Shown in pieces: positions 62,281 through 64,000 of a stretch of DNA of 64,000 nt. Both the position numbers and the translations under genes were made by a program. The notes below the pieces were generated by a model. That model was not told the DNA's origin, did no database searches, and was given only the letters and a program-made list of their open reading frames with translations. This stretch comes from Felis catus (lineage: Eukaryota): contig NC_058373.1 in assembly GCF_018350175.1 (NCBI RefSeq), forward strand, positions 103,294,001 to 103,358,000. Reading direction: 5' to 3'. Every line of letters begins with the position of its first letter. Position 1 is the stretch's first letter.

Positions 62281-64000
62281 GTGAGTGGTCTTCACTCTGG
62301 AAAATGCACCGAACTGCAAAAGCCCAGCCTAAGGAGTGTCGTTTTTCTCCCCTGAAATTCAGAACCTTTGTAGGGGTACCAGGGCTGTGTTCCATTGACC
62401 CAGGAAAACGAGAATTCCACAGGCCCCTGAAAGTGCTAGGGAAAAAGGCTTATTTCCTTCAATGATTAAGCTTTTCCCATAGTAGAAGAAAATTACCTTT
62501 TTGTTCCTCGCCTACCTTAATAGCATATCTTTCATTATATGCTTCACCGCAGAATTCTGCTTAAATTCGATAAAGAAAGATAAACTTATTTTTAGTGTAA
62601 AACTTTACTAATTTGGAAAAATCCTGAGCTGTCCAAGACTAATTAGTGAAAATTATGAATTACAGAAGTATTTACTAGACTTCCTGGAACTAAAAGAGAA
62701 TTAAGTTAGCTTTTTTCCTTTGAGTTCATAGTAAGAAATTAATACGTAGTTCCCTATATAATTCACCAAAATCATAAAACTTTTTACTTGAAATAATTCA
62801 TAGAGGGTATTGATCTGACATGTTAATATTTTCCTATAAATATCACTACTTATCCCAAATGACCTAAAGCAGTTGGTTTTTTAACCCTTTCTTCTATGGA
62901 GAATAATTGTTAAACCCTTAAATGGGAAGCTTTGGGTTTCTGATCTTACCACGCCTGCGGGACACGGTACCGGAAGTTTCTAAGTAAACTTTCTACTCCA
63001 GTGCCTTTAATTAATTGTTAGGTAGAAGCCAGAATATGAGAGAACAAATATTTGATTCAGAACACCTCCCTAGAAAAACATAAGAGTCATCTAGCATTTT
63101 TCAGCAAGATGACAACCAAGTATTACTAAAGCGGAAAAAGAAGATGGCAGGGATGCTGTTTCACTAGCCTGGTTGGCTAGTCTCTGCTAGATGTTAGTTT
63201 GTAGGGAATTGTTACTTTTATTTCTATTTTACATCATTACTGAGCTACAAGTACAGCTTCTGCATTTTACAGTAAAGCCCAGTATTAGAACATCCTGGCT
63301 GAGTAAATATGAGAAGCGTTTTCTAAGAGAGCCCAAAGCAAATACAGTAATCTCTGTTTAAACACTTTTCAAGAGACTAGGGCACAGAATGTGAAAGCAG
63401 GTCTTCCAGATAACTTTGTTTCTGATCACTGGATAACTTTATACAAAAACTGACCTAGGTTGGCCGAACTGGTTATCGGTCATTAGAATGGCCATAGTAG
63501 AAGTTAGTAAATGGTTGCTGGGGGCAGGCACTACGTTAACATTTCAGAGACCGTAACTCATTACATCTGAGCAACTTTATTCAAAGAAGTGGGATCGTGC
63601 CCATCTTATGGATGAGGAAAGTATGGCATAGGGAGGTTAATTATTGTGAAGGGTTACCAGAGTTAGAAGGTAGCAGCAGATGGGATTGAAACTCAGTCCT
63701 CCCTGACTGAGGGTCTAGACTCCAGGCCTCCACTAGGTATCAGCTCGTGGGGAGCATCACCTGGCTCTCACCCGAGGTGCTTGACACCAGAGCATTTGCT
63801 TCCCTAGGAAATACAGAGGGTATGTCAGAGTCCGTGTAGGGCACATCTGTCTTCAAGGGCACATTTATAGGATGGGTTTCTTGCCTACTCTGGTGATTGT
63901 GCAGTGACCCAGCTCAGGCTGTGTGTGCCAGAGAAGGTGGCCGTGCTACTGAAAAGAAACCACTCCAAAAATAGCTTGTATTCACGAGCTGTACTAAATC

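Larger units (their letters stand above)
1..64000 (+). other. PELI2: PELI2 gene body (3' part of intron 2 to 5' part of intron 5); start and stop codons lie outside the window
   Basis: Three consecutive exons join in frame. I found neither the preceding exon (YNGALPNGDRGRRKSRF...) nor the last, RING-encoding exon in the window, so the flanks are inferred to be introns. Confidence 0.85.

Overview
Mammalian genomic DNA from a cat-family (felid) genome, judged from CanSINE/SINEC_Fc-type SINEs and felid-type L1 3' ends. The whole window lies inside the PELI2 (Pellino-2, E3 ubiquitin ligase) gene on the + strand. It contains three internal coding exons (39260-39361, 54623-54820, 62092-62280; exons 3-5 by human numbering) encoding most of the FHA domain. 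All three have canonical AG/GT boundaries and join in one open frame. The remainder is intron, dominated by about 26 CanSINEs, two large antisense L1s (42310-46570 and ~55650-61320), older L1/HAL1/L2/MIR fragments, LTR remnants, hAT and Tigger DNA-transposon fossils, and microsatellites. I found no evidence of a new biological system. The most notable observations are three SINE-into-SINE-tail nestings, several atypical retrotransposon junctions, inverted repeats around symmetric PELI2 exons (possible circRNA or editing substrates), a near-full-length L1 whose 5' end faces exon 5, a fossil Charlie-type transposase and a dense homeodomain-motif cluster. Repeat subfamily names are from recognition, not from a database search.
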